Source: a virus. Taken from it: 64,000 bases of DNA. The stretch covers positions 1-64,000 of IMG/VR virus record IMGVR_UViG_3300027759_003534; one strand, 5' to 3'. Under the pieces are notes generated by a model. The model was not told the DNA's origin. It made no database searches and saw only the letters and a program-made list of their open reading frames with translations. A program made the position numbers and the translations under genes. Below, piece after piece: positions 55,901 to 64,000 of this stretch (its first letter is position 1; every line of letters begins with the position of its first letter).

Positions 55901-57804
55901 ATTGTGGTATATGTGCCAGTTGTGGTCAGTGTTGCGCCAATACCATTGGCAACGCCATTGGGTTGAGCATATGTCACTGTACCACCAGTGGCTGTGGCCA
56001 GGGTGGTGTTGGTGGCTGCGAATACTGCTTCGTGTATGGTTATACCTGTGGTTACAGCCTGGTCAACATAGTATTTGCTGGCTGCATCAGCATCTTGTAG
56101 TGGTTGTAATTGCAAACCATTAATATAGGTATTGTTGATCACAACGTTACCGGTTGGTTCTAAATTAATGTTGCCGGCATTTGTTCTAACTGTAAGTGCT
56201 GTAGGGTTAGTAACTGTGGCTGATACCAAGTTTCCACCAGTTACGTTACCAGTAACACTGACACTTGAACCAGTGATTACACCACCCACAGTACTTGCGG
56301 CAGTTTGTGCACCTGTTACCGAACTACTTGAGCCAGTGATAACTCCACCCACAGTACTGGCAGCTGTTTGTGTACCAGTAACACTAGAACTTGATCCTGT
56401 AATTACACCACCCACTGTTGACGCGGCTGTTACAGTACCACTTGCACTGACTGTTGTTCCATATACATTACTATTGGTATTGCTGGCATCTACGTTACCG
56501 GTGACACTAGTTGAAGTGCCTGTGATAACTCCACCTACAGTACTGGCAGCAGTTTGAGTTCCGGTTACTGAACTAGAGCTACCAGTGATTACACCACCTA
56601 CAGTACTGGCAGCAGTTTGTGTGCCAGTGACACTAGAACTTGATCCTGTAATTACACCACCAACAGTGCTTGCTGCAGTTACAGTACCACTTGCACTAAC
56701 TGTTGTTCCATATACATTACTATTGGTATTGCTAGCATCTACGTTACCGGTGACACTAGCACTTGATCCAGTGATTACACCACCTACAGTACTGGCAGCA
56801 GTTTGAGTTCCGGTTACTGAACTAGAGCTACCAGTGATAACTCCACCTACAGTACTGGCAGCAGTTTGAGTTCCGGTTACTGAACTAGAGCTACCGGTGA
56901 TAACTCCACCCACTGTTGACGCGGCTGTTTGTGTACCAGTAACACTAGAACTTGATCCTGTAATTACACCACCTACTGTTGACGCGGCTGTTTGTGTACC
57001 AGTAACACTAGAACTTGATCCTGTAATTACACCACCCACTGTTGACGCGGCTGTTACAGTACCACTTGCACTGACTGTTGTTCCATATACATTACCATTA
57101 AAATTCTGTGCATCAACGTTGCCACCCACTGTGACCAAGTTTGCTGTTTTGTTGAATGTAAATCCTGATGTTGCATTGGCCACGTTGCCGTCGTTGAACA
57201 GCACTTGAGTGTTTGCTCCAGCTGCACTAACATTTCCTTGGATGTTACCAATAATATAATTACCAGTAATATTGCCAGCGGCGCTGATTAATCCTGGAGT
57301 TAATAAGTTGCCACCAGTTACGTTGCCTGTAAAGTTTGTTGCGCCTAATACGTTGCCAATTAAACTAGTGGTGCCACTTACTACCATATTATTGGTATGT
57401 AAATTAGCATAACTGCTGATGCTTATAACTGTACTGGTTTCACTGGTACTGGTAAATGCTGTTACAAACTCGGAATTAGCTTCGTTCCATACAAAGGCAA
57501 TATTATTTGCTGAGCCGCGCTCGCCAATAAAACCAATATCAACTGCTGGAGCACCAGTTTGGGTGCTGGCTAGTACAATAACTGGATCTTCAATGGTGGT
57601 AATTGTGGTGTCAATTGCGGTACTACTACCTTGAACTGTAAGATTACCAGTAACTGTAAGGTCGCTGCCGTAGGTTAAATTATTTGCAATCTTGTTGGAT
57701 GTGATTGAGAAATTTTGCAGTTTGGCATTAGCGTTGATACCAAGGTATACGTTACCTGCACTTGCGTCAGTTATCTGATTATTATTAATTCTAGTTACGG
57801 CCAT
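52969..57804 (-). CDS. Very long fibre-like protein with tandem 21-aa repeats and C-terminal autochaperone-like domain
   Basis: 1611 aa; about 20 TAASTVGGVITGS units; C-terminal YADLAEKY...PGTV..FGG...GVVSTNP..MN...VALTGRVP...GKAL. Confidence 0.72.
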   Translation of the reverse strand: MAVTRINNNQITDASAGNVYLGINANAKLQNFSITSNKIANNLTYGSDLTVTGNLTVQGSSTAIDTTITTIEDPVIVLASTQTGAPAVDIGFIGERGSANNIAFVWNEANSEFVTAFTSTSETSTVISISSYANLHTNNMVVSGTTSLIGNVLGATNFTGNVTGGNLLTPGLISAAGNITGNYIIGNIQGNVSAAGANTQVLFNDGNVANATSGFTFNKTANLVTVGGNVDAQNFNGNVYGTTVSASGTVTAASTVGGVITGSSSSVTGTQTAASTVGGVITGSSSSVTGTQTAASTVGGVITGSSSSVTGTQTAASTVGGVITGSSSSVTGTQTAASTVGGVITGSSASVTGNVDASNTNSNVYGTTVSASGTVTAASTVGGVITGSSSSVTGTQTAASTVGGVITGSSSSVTGTQTAASTVGGVITGTSTSVTGNVDASNTNSNVYGTTVSASGTVTAASTVGGVITGSSSSVTGTQTAASTVGGVITGSSSSVTGAQTAASTVGGVITGSSVSVTGNVTGGNLVSATVTNPTALTVRTNAGNINLEPTGNVVINNTYINGLQLQPLQDADAASKYYVDQAVTTGITIHEAVFAATNTTLATATGGTVTYAQPNGVANGIGATLTTTGTYTTIDTANVQTVGTRILVKDQANAVQNGVYVYSNATVITRSIDTDQYGASSTEELSYNDYFFTTSGNVNAGTAFIVNAPTGTITFGTSNIGFGIFSQSQVYTANTAAGLSLTGTVFSAKVDNNTTAFDGLGNISVKAGANLTTPNIGAATGTSLSVTGSVTAASTVGGVITGSSTSVTGTQTAASTVGGVITGSSVSVTGNVDASNTNSNVYGTTVSASGTVTAASTVGGVITGSSSSVTGTQTAASTVGGVITGSSSSVTGTQTAASTVGGVITGSSSSVTGTQTAASTVGGVITGSSSSVTGAQTAASTVGGVITGSSVSVTGNVDAVSFNGNVYGTTVSATGNVTGGNLLTSGAGGAISGTGNITGGNILTSGNVSATGNVMAAWLIGNIQGSVSAPGANTYVLFNDGGVTNAVSGFTFTKTSNLLAVGGNVDATNFNGNVYGTSVSASGTVTAASTVGGVITGSSTSVTGTQTAASTVGGVITGSSVSVTGDVSGSNLSISGGNINSSAAAITVNGASADVNFAVNGDTTTVFFVDAGTETASFGSATQTTNAIVAFNSTNSILAPVGNTAQRPATGVTGMIRFNTTNNAVEVYDNSAWVSVGVPVFTVIADQQFNGDGVNVAFTLSSTQTTNSCIVSINGVVQIPTLAYAVAGTDPTCVLTFTEAPAVGDLIDVRQITTTTSVTSISNQSGNAVVAASAIAAQVNVTGDLSVSGSILGGNINSTAITSGTSNMAIVSSGGNIRGNVAGTTVMTISPGLVDIVGNLSVSGNATLSGNILGDRIQNGSTSFDIQTASGNANISIGGTSNVAVFTTTGVTITGNITNGAGNATGNIGSSTNYFNTVFAQATSAQYADLAEKYVADAAYTPGTVLVFGGTAEVTVNAVEGDRKVAGVVSTNPSYTMNAGLEGDHVATVALTGRVPTLVVGPVRKGDLMVAAGLGRAKAEATPTVGSVIGKALEDFDGAEGTIEVVVGRF
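54420..57075 (-). repeat. Coding 63-nt (21-aa) tandem repeats in three blocks
   Basis: Period 63 nt (e.g. 56941 vs 57004); unit TQTAASTVGGVITGSSSSVTG; blocks of about 11, 7 and 2 copies. Confidence 0.9.
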
Positions 57805-57974
57805 TATGGTCTCCAGTTAATGGTTCATGCTACTCGTGGTTTTTCACGGGCTATGACTTATTTACCGTGGCCGTGCTAAAACACTTATCTGTGCCGTTAT
57901 TTAGAATAAATTAGCTCTGGAGCTGATTTGTGTTGGAAAAACTGTGTTGCTGGCGCCGCTAGACTAGGATTTTG

Positions 57975-59006
57975 TTACAAGAATCTGATGTCAATCACAT
58001 CGCTTGTTTCAGGGGCTTCTGTAAACACCAAGTTTGTGCTGGGGCTAGGAACCATGGAATAGGACTGAGCTGGCACCTGTGTGATACCATTTAATATGAC
58101 TAAGACAGCCGCTGTAGTAGTTGAACGATCCAGTGTAAATGTAGTGGCTGTTCCATTACCGTACAGGACTTGATTAGTAACTGCGGTACTGGTAGAGGCC
58201 CAAGCATTGCCATTGTAAACTTCTAGCAACGTGGTTGTGGTGTTAAATCTAACAGTGCCGGTGGTGCCCGGACTAGGGCGTTGGTCAGTATTGCCCACTG
58301 GCAATATCAATCCTGTTGTGGTGTTTATGCTAACTAACCCTGTGCCAGTGGGTTGTAGTGTAATTGTTGCATTGGCTAAACTGGAGCTAATTGTGGTATT
58401 GCTTATTGTTATGTTACCCAATACAGCGGCGCCACCTACACCAAATGTGCCTACGTACCTGTAGCCTACAATGAACACAGATTTTCCTGTGACTCCACCA
58501 GCAATTACACTTGGAATAGTTGCGCCGTTGAAGTTTAAAACCCCGGCTTGATAATCAAAAAACCAAGTATCATCGCTGCCAGAACCTGCTTGGAACAATC
58601 TAGTACCAGTGGTTTGTGGAGTTGTAGATCCTGTGGTGTCCACGTAAACCACTACCAAATAGTTGTCACCAAACTGTGTGGGTATCCAGTTGGCAAGATT
58701 AGTTTTCCAGGTCTGATTATCAGGTGCTGTTAGATCTTCTGTGCATTGTACTGTAGGGCTGTAACTACCGCCGCCATCTTTGTAGACCTGCACGATTGAT
58801 GTGGTGTTAGCCGGTGGAGTGCTGGGAATATCGCCACTGTTAGTCCAAACCAAGTCACCACGATACAGTAGTGGGCTGGCTATGCTTTCGTTAAACGCTT
58901 CTTTGGAACCAGAACCCGGTGGCGGTATAGAGGTCTTGGCTACTCCGTACCCTAGTTTCTTCCAGAGATAGTCTAGTTTCTGGCTTTCACCAAATGTAGC
59001 AGCCAT
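57975..59006 (-). CDS. Putative virion structural protein
   Basis: 343 aa; W.FDYQAGVL, LP.GNT.QRP...G.VRFN, GNG..T.FTL, NG..Q.P...Y modules shared with neighbours. Confidence 0.55.
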   Translation of the reverse strand: MAATFGESQKLDYLWKKLGYGVAKTSIPPPGSGSKEAFNESIASPLLYRGDLVWTNSGDIPSTPPANTTSIVQVYKDGGGSYSPTVQCTEDLTAPDNQTWKTNLANWIPTQFGDNYLVVVYVDTTGSTTPQTTGTRLFQAGSGSDDTWFFDYQAGVLNFNGATIPSVIAGGVTGKSVFIVGYRYVGTFGVGGAAVLGNITISNTTISSSLANATITLQPTGTGLVSINTTTGLILPVGNTDQRPSPGTTGTVRFNTTTTLLEVYNGNAWASTSTAVTNQVLYGNGTATTFTLDRSTTTAAVLVILNGITQVPAQSYSMVPSPSTNLVFTEAPETSDVIDIRFL

Positions 59007-62000
59007 TATGCAGCGTCTCCTATTGAAAGCGCAGTAATGGTCTGTCCACTACTTAGTGCTATGCGAACTAAAATATTGTTGCCTGTGCTATTGCTTGAAT
59101 TCTGTGAACCCAATGTCATGGTATAGCCCACGTTGGCAATAGCCGAATTAAGCGGCACTACATCGGCACCAGTTAGGGCGACACCATTACTGCCGTTGCC
59201 GCCGCCTGCAATACTTGCTCCAGGAACACCTGATCCGTTATACTGTAGTGAACAACTTAACCAACCGTCAAGCGTACTTGTTGGACCTGGAAAACCAGGA
59301 GTTGGTGAGCTAAATCCACCTGTATCAATAGTTGTGCCAGGGGCTGCGATCCACATGCCGGCTATGCCTGTGGTAGTTGTAAGCCTAATGTCAAAGTTGG
59401 CCATGGTAGCTCTGCGGAACGCAAACGTAAAGTATTGTAGTCCGCTGCGTCCTGTGGCGAGATCAGGACCTACTGGCAAATATCCCGTACTCAAATTGGT
59501 CACAAAATGTTTAACTACACCATATCGGTCAACTGCTTCGGCGGTACCAGCAACGGTTTGAACACCAGACCACACATTGCCAGTATAGTAGTTAGTAGCG
59601 CCGCTGAATGCTGGTGTATTAGCCGCGGCACCAAAACCAGTTATTCGTAAAGCGTTGTCAGTATATACAGATCCCAAGGTAGCACTGACCGCGATGTTGC
59701 CTTCACTAATGCCGGTGTTGGCTGTGGCATTTACTTGTATTTTGGTTGGTAATTGTACTGTAGTGCTTGTACCAACCACATTGAATATTGTAGCTGTTAC
59801 GTTTGCTACGGCATTGACTGCTCCGTTGATTAGAACATTAACATTGCCCATGGTATAGTTTGATGAAATACCTGTGTTGGCCTTGACATTACTACCAGTC
59901 AACATTGTGCTTGGTCCATCAATCTGGGCCAGAGATTTAGTTTGCGTGGCAATAATTGAGCCAGTCCCTTCTATGGCTGAGCCAGCGGCCAGTGTAAACG
60001 GATCAGCACTACGGAAAGTTTGACCTGTAAAGTTTTGTAATTCTACAGTAGCCACTGTTATACTTGGGCTTCCTGTGGAGCTGTAATATGGTATGCCTGA
60101 AATATAAGCAAAAGTGCCGTTGACATTACCGGCCATGGCCACGTTGCTGGTTATCAAAGTAGGAGCTGAATTTAAATTGTCTTTGACCATGCCTACTGTA
60201 TTGGTATTGCCCGACACCGTGTGTCTCAGTTGGAAATCATTGTAGCCAGTGCCTAGACTGGCTAGTGTGTTGCTGATAGTTGCTGAAAATACTTTGTAAA
60301 ATCCTGTGGGCACAGCGGCATTGGCCACGTGCAGATCTCGATCAGCCGACACTATTAGCGCACCTACAGTGCCTACTGTGTTTCCACCTGTGGTGAATGT
60401 TACGTTACCCGAGGCTGTGTTGTTGACAAAGGCAGATAATGTACCTGTGGTTGCTGTATTGGCATTTTGGACTTGTGTACTTGTGGAAACTGGTGTAGTA
60501 GTAGCCACACGAATTACTGATGTGCCGTTGGCTACAATGTTACCACCAGTGTTGTCTGCAGCGCCAGCGGCCAACAGCGGGCTAGTTCCTTGACTGGCGG
60601 TGGCTATGGTCACATTGGTATAGCCGCTGAGATTAGTGGGCGCAGTAGGATTGGCCAAAATTGTGATATAACTGGTTCGAGTCAGAGTATTGCTTTGTGA
60701 TATGGTTCCAGGAGTGCCGTTGGCTTGTAAGGCCACAGTTTTACTTCCTGTGGTTGGCGAGCCTACTGCACTTTGATATGAATGCGTGATGTTGGCAAAA
60801 GTTATTAGGCCAGTGTTACTTGTTGTGTCGCCCCAGGTCCAGTTGAATACGTTGCCGGTAAAAGCCACGTTAGGCGATGTTTGATTTTGAAAATTAAACA
60901 AACTTCTATCAAGGCCGTTGTAGTCAGTGTATAGGTATCCAACCTGTGCGTTAGAGGTAAATCCTGTGGCATCAGTTTGCGTATTGCTGGTTCCTACAAA
61001 GCCAGCTCTAACTTCTGGTTCAATAGAAACAGTTACGTTGCTTGACTTGAATGGGCTAGTACTATAGCCGGTGTACAACCAAAGATTGGCCACACGGTTT
61101 ACCGTGGTTGCAGCATTTTGTTGCACTGAAGTAAGAGCAAAGGTATGAGTAATATTGGCCGCACTAGGATTACCGGCTAGGCCAGTTTGAATGTTGATAT
61201 TGCTGTTGGCTGTGCTATCGCCCCACTGGAAGTTATACAACTGTTGGGCACCAAAGCTGGCTGTGTTGCCGGGACTGCCCGGAGTGTCGTTGCGGAAACT
61301 TACCACACCACCAGATGTGGCCAGATAGTTAATGGTTGTTGTTACATTGGCTGTAACAGCAGGACTTTGTTGTGTGTATATTTTAACGTTGGTTGCTGAG
61401 GATGTTACGCTGTAGGGTGGTGCGTTACCGGCTGTTTGATTTGTACCTGTTAGTGTGATACTACGAAGAGCATCAACATTGGCTGAATTATTATAGGTAT
61501 GACTATTAGTAGTCCAACTGTTTCCTGGGTTAACCGCTGTGTTACCGTCACCGTAGTTGATTGTATAGGATGTGGCATACAAACTGGTGTTGGTCAATGT
61601 TACACTACTACCAGTGTCTAACGTTGTTGGACTTGTAGTAAATGATGGTAATGGTAGCGGAGTATACAGAGTAATGTAATCGGTGTTGGTCGATGTTGCT
61701 GTTGATCCTTTGGCGCCAAGGGCAGCATTGCCACTATAGGTTCCATTGGTGTTGTAGGCCGTGTAGACCACTGTGAATTGTCCGCCAAGCACATTGCTAT
61801 AGGTGTGTGTTGGATTGGCCGATGTGCTGGTTGTGCCATCACCAAAATTCCAAAGATAGCTATTAGGGTTACCAATGTAGTGTCCAGTAAATGCCACACT
61901 TAATGGACTTGGGCCCGATGTTACGTTGGCAGTGATGTACACATTGCCTACATAGGTATTTCCAGCAATATTCAAAGCCACTTGGTTTAGATCATCCAGT

Positions 62001-62383
62001 CCGTCGGTTACAAATGTAGCCGTGGTCCAACCCGGATAGGCCACGTTGGTAGTTAAACTACCGTCTGTGGGTGTTCCTAGTGGAATGAGATTGCCAGTAA
62101 CATTGCCGGCAACATTGCCTATTGTTTGATCTACATAAAATTTGGTGGTGGCATCTGCGTTGGCTACTGGTTCTGCTAGGTTGTTGATGTTGACATTGCC
62201 AGCACTGATATTACCAATGTTGGAAATTGTCACATTTCCAACTGTAAAAATACCAGCTACTTCAAGTGTGGATGAGGGACTAACAGTGTTAATGCCCACG
62301 TTGGCATTACTAATAGACAGATCAATGCCATCTCGTTCAAGATTGCTTGATAGTATCTGCCCTTTTACGTAGTTAACTGCCAT
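59006..62383 (-). CDS. PKD-domain virion structural protein
   Basis: 1125 aa; multiple W.FGDG/WGD PKD motifs (YLWNFGDGT..T..NP.HTY). Confidence 0.7.
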   Translation of the reverse strand: MAVNYVKGQILSSNLERDGIDLSISNANVGINTVSPSSTLEVAGIFTVGNVTISNIGNISAGNVNINNLAEPVANADATTKFYVDQTIGNVAGNVTGNLIPLGTPTDGSLTTNVAYPGWTTATFVTDGLDDLNQVALNIAGNTYVGNVYITANVTSGPSPLSVAFTGHYIGNPNSYLWNFGDGTTSTSANPTHTYSNVLGGQFTVVYTAYNTNGTYSGNAALGAKGSTATSTNTDYITLYTPLPLPSFTTSPTTLDTGSSVTLTNTSLYATSYTINYGDGNTAVNPGNSWTTNSHTYNNSANVDALRSITLTGTNQTAGNAPPYSVTSSATNVKIYTQQSPAVTANVTTTINYLATSGGVVSFRNDTPGSPGNTASFGAQQLYNFQWGDSTANSNINIQTGLAGNPSAANITHTFALTSVQQNAATTVNRVANLWLYTGYSTSPFKSSNVTVSIEPEVRAGFVGTSNTQTDATGFTSNAQVGYLYTDYNGLDRSLFNFQNQTSPNVAFTGNVFNWTWGDTTSNTGLITFANITHSYQSAVGSPTTGSKTVALQANGTPGTISQSNTLTRTSYITILANPTAPTNLSGYTNVTIATASQGTSPLLAAGAADNTGGNIVANGTSVIRVATTTPVSTSTQVQNANTATTGTLSAFVNNTASGNVTFTTGGNTVGTVGALIVSADRDLHVANAAVPTGFYKVFSATISNTLASLGTGYNDFQLRHTVSGNTNTVGMVKDNLNSAPTLITSNVAMAGNVNGTFAYISGIPYYSSTGSPSITVATVELQNFTGQTFRSADPFTLAAGSAIEGTGSIIATQTKSLAQIDGPSTMLTGSNVKANTGISSNYTMGNVNVLINGAVNAVANVTATIFNVVGTSTTVQLPTKIQVNATANTGISEGNIAVSATLGSVYTDNALRITGFGAAANTPAFSGATNYYTGNVWSGVQTVAGTAEAVDRYGVVKHFVTNLSTGYLPVGPDLATGRSGLQYFTFAFRRATMANFDIRLTTTTGIAGMWIAAPGTTIDTGGFSSPTPGFPGPTSTLDGWLSCSLQYNGSGVPGASIAGGGNGSNGVALTGADVVPLNSAIANVGYTMTLGSQNSSNSTGNNILVRIALSSGQTITALSIGDAA

Positions 62384-62413
62384 AGATTGTCCCTGTATAG
62401 GATATTTAGCTGA

Positions 62414-62812
62414 TTAGTTTGTGGTGTGAATCACGTTGATTGGCACAGTATTGGGCGGTGCTGATGTAAATGTAATGTTATATCCACCGTCAACGGTATA
62501 AGACGAAGCCGGGTCTTGGTAAATTGAACCTACAAATACTATAAGTTGTGTTGCTGTATTTTCTGCTACACTCATTAAGAACACTGTGGTGCTACCATCA
62601 CCAACAAAGTCGTCCACAGTGTAAGTAATACTTCCGCCTGTGCTAAGTGTAGTCCAACTGCTACCGTTGAAAAACTCCACCAGGCCCGAATCTGTATTGT
62701 AACGAATCATCCCAAATGCAGCATTATCAGGACGGTTAGCAGAACTGCCAGTGGGCAATACCACACCTGTACTGCCACTTTGCAACTGGCGATTTTTTAC
62801 AAAATATCCCAT
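62414..62812 (-). CDS. Small structural protein
   Basis: LP.GS.A.RP....GMIRYNTD and GDG.TT.F modules; late promoter for the next gene at 62403-62408. Confidence 0.55.
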   Translation of the reverse strand: MGYFVKNRQLQSGSTGVVLPTGSSANRPDNAAFGMIRYNTDSGLVEFFNGSSWTTLSTGGSITYTVDDFVGDGSTTVFLMSVAENTATQLIVFVGSIYQDPASSYTVDGGYNITFTSAPPNTVPINVIHTTN

Positions 62813-63129
62813 TAAATTGTAGTATACGAAGTCACTGCGGTTACTGTATTAGCTGTGGCTACTACCTGTACAAAGTCTCCAGCACCTAACAATAATTTTT
62901 CTCCAGCGTTATAAAGTTGATAGGTGTCGCCGCTGGACAGTGACAACGCATATAAAATTTGATTACTGGTTGTTGCGATGTTGCCGTTTGGTACCACAAA
63001 CACGTTGGCAGTCACATTTGCAGCGCCCCAATTGTTTAAACTGAGCCAGGTAATAGCAGTGTTTCCACCACTGGTGTAAACCACGTTACCAACTACTGTG
63101 TTACCGATTACTTGTGTTGTTATTGACAT
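62812..63129 (-). CDS. Small structural protein
   Basis: 105-aa beta-rich ORF, EKL.L..GD motif. Confidence 0.5.
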   Translation of the reverse strand: MSITTQVIGNTVVGNVVYTSGGNTAITWLSLNNWGAANVTANVFVVPNGNIATTSNQILYALSLSSGDTYQLYNAGEKLLLGAGDFVQVVATANTVTAVTSYTTI

Positions 63130-63138
63130 TTTTGTTCC

Positions 63139-63744
63139 TTAAAGTATAATTGCGTAAACAATGGCTTTGCCTTTGCTGACCAATTCGTCGTTGGCTGATG
63201 CTGATGTAAAGTACAATCCTGTACCTCCGCCGCCTATCACATTGCTGTAAACAGCCACCGCATTGGCCACATTGGCTGGTGTAGCGGTATTGGCAAACAC
63301 TTGGTGTCCGCTTAAAAAAAGTTTGTTGGTTGCTGTATCAAACGACAAGTTTGCTGTTGCACCAAATGCACCAGAATTGTTAAACTGTATCTGGGTGTTT
63401 GATCCAGCGGCTGCTACTGCGCTAGTAGTGGTAATAATATTGGCGTAACTGGCAATAGGTGCACCCAAACTTGATACACTGTTGCTGATCTGCCAGGCAT
63501 TGGCCACTGAGTTGAATCGTAGTCCAGCAAAGGTAGTGGGTCCAGTTTGCCCAAGCAGGCCCATTTCTGTAACAGTACCGGTGTTGTTGGCGGCAACTAC
63601 AATAAAATCGTCCACTGTTGACAAGTTACCTGTGTAGGTTAAACTACCATTGAAAATGGTGTTGGCATAATTGATCGTAAGAGTGGCAACCCCGTCATCG
63701 CCGGTTAGAGTTAAATCGCCACTGGTGTTCTTGTATGTAGACAT
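63139..63744 (-). CDS. Putative structural protein
   Basis: 201 aa, AGSNTQIQFN..G.F module; TAAATA at 63762-63767. Confidence 0.5.
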   Translation of the reverse strand: MSTYKNTSGDLTLTGDDGVATLTINYANTIFNGSLTYTGNLSTVDDFIVVAANNTGTVTEMGLLGQTGPTTFAGLRFNSVANAWQISNSVSSLGAPIASYANIITTTSAVAAAGSNTQIQFNNSGAFGATANLSFDTATNKLFLSGHQVFANTATPANVANAVAVYSNVIGGGGTGLYFTSASANDELVSKGKAIVYAIIL

Positions 63745-64000
63745 CTATAGATCCTTTTTGTTATTTATGCGGTCTACAAAGGTATCTAAATCAACGTGTG
63801 TGAAGTTTGGTACAGCACTAAGCTCTGGTATTAGGGCTGTGGTTGTGCCTTGTACCCGTACAAATTGCACAAGAGGGTGATCTTGTGCAATACGACATAG
63901 TTGTTTGATCCAATTTCCAGTAAAAGTAGGAGGAGCGTCTACTCGTTTGTAAAATTCTGTGCCGGCATACAAGTTGTTAACCGTATTATTTTCTGTAGGA
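63745..64000 (-). CDS. 5'-truncated hypothetical protein
   Basis: Frame is open to the window edge (PTENNTVNNLYAGTEFYK...); TTG 63972 is internal. Confidence 0.55.
   Translation of the reverse strand, partial: PTENNTVNNLYAGTEFYKRVDAPPTFTGNWIKQLCRIAQDHPLVQFVRVQGTTTALIPELSAVPNFTHVDLDTFVDRINNKKDL

Noticed and set aside
54420-57075. 63-nt repeats as a CRISPR array
   Set aside because: Repeats are contiguous, in frame within a CDS, vary mostly at synonymous positions and have no unique spacers or cas genes.
43741-62372. Many plus-strand ORFs in the track (e.g. 54113-54700, 54701-55612, 45064-46902, 56132-57208)
   Set aside because: Antisense shadows of Thr/Gly/Val-rich fibre genes; the repetitive codons lack reverse stops, and there are no SD or protein motifs.
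63139-64000. In-frame TAG immediately followed by ATG (63747/63744), suggesting stop readthrough or an alternative genetic code
   Set aside because: All core genes are intact under code 11, the downstream gene has its own SD (AAGGA) and late promoter, and TAG/TGA serve as ordinary stops elsewhere.
1-64000. tRNA, rRNA, integrase/att sites, capsid/portal/polymerase genes
   Set aside because: No matching motifs seen by eye; those core genes presumably lie outside this window.

Overview
A 64-kb slice of a large T4-like myovirus (Caudoviricetes) genome, standard code 11, almost all genes on the minus strand. Blocks in coordinate order: (1) 1-5.1 kb, glycan/surface-modification enzymes (methyltransferases, GT25, two GT-B-like paralogs, a GT-A enzyme, a cytidylyltransferase-cupin fusion). 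(2) 5.1-13.1 kb, recombination genes uvsY, uvsX and gp32 interleaved with three radical SAM enzymes, an SDR, a sulfotransferase-like protein and a GIY-YIG endonuclease. (3) 13.1-20.4 kb, a terminase large subunit fractured into two genes by an atypically split intein (37-aa IntN, ~111-120-aa IntC) with a free-standing HNH gene between the halves, plus a fourth radical SAM, a second GIY-YIG and a signal-peptide-bearing nonspecific nuclease. (4) 20.4-39.4 kb, candidate internal head proteins with capsid-targeting-like N-termini, head completion, tail tube, sheath, dNMP kinase, exonuclease and neck/tail-terminator genes gp13/14/15. (5) 39.4-64 kb, NUDIX, 2OG-Fe(II) oxygenase and a long array of fibre/baseplate-like proteins with tandem repeats, autochaperone-like C-termini and small glycine-rich/lectin cassettes sharing a GW motif. 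About 20 T4-late-type TAAATA promoter motifs and three sigma70-type promoters are visible, several placed so that transcripts would be leaderless. No tRNA, rRNA, CRISPR array or reverse transcriptase was seen. All assignments come from motifs read by eye; no database search was run.
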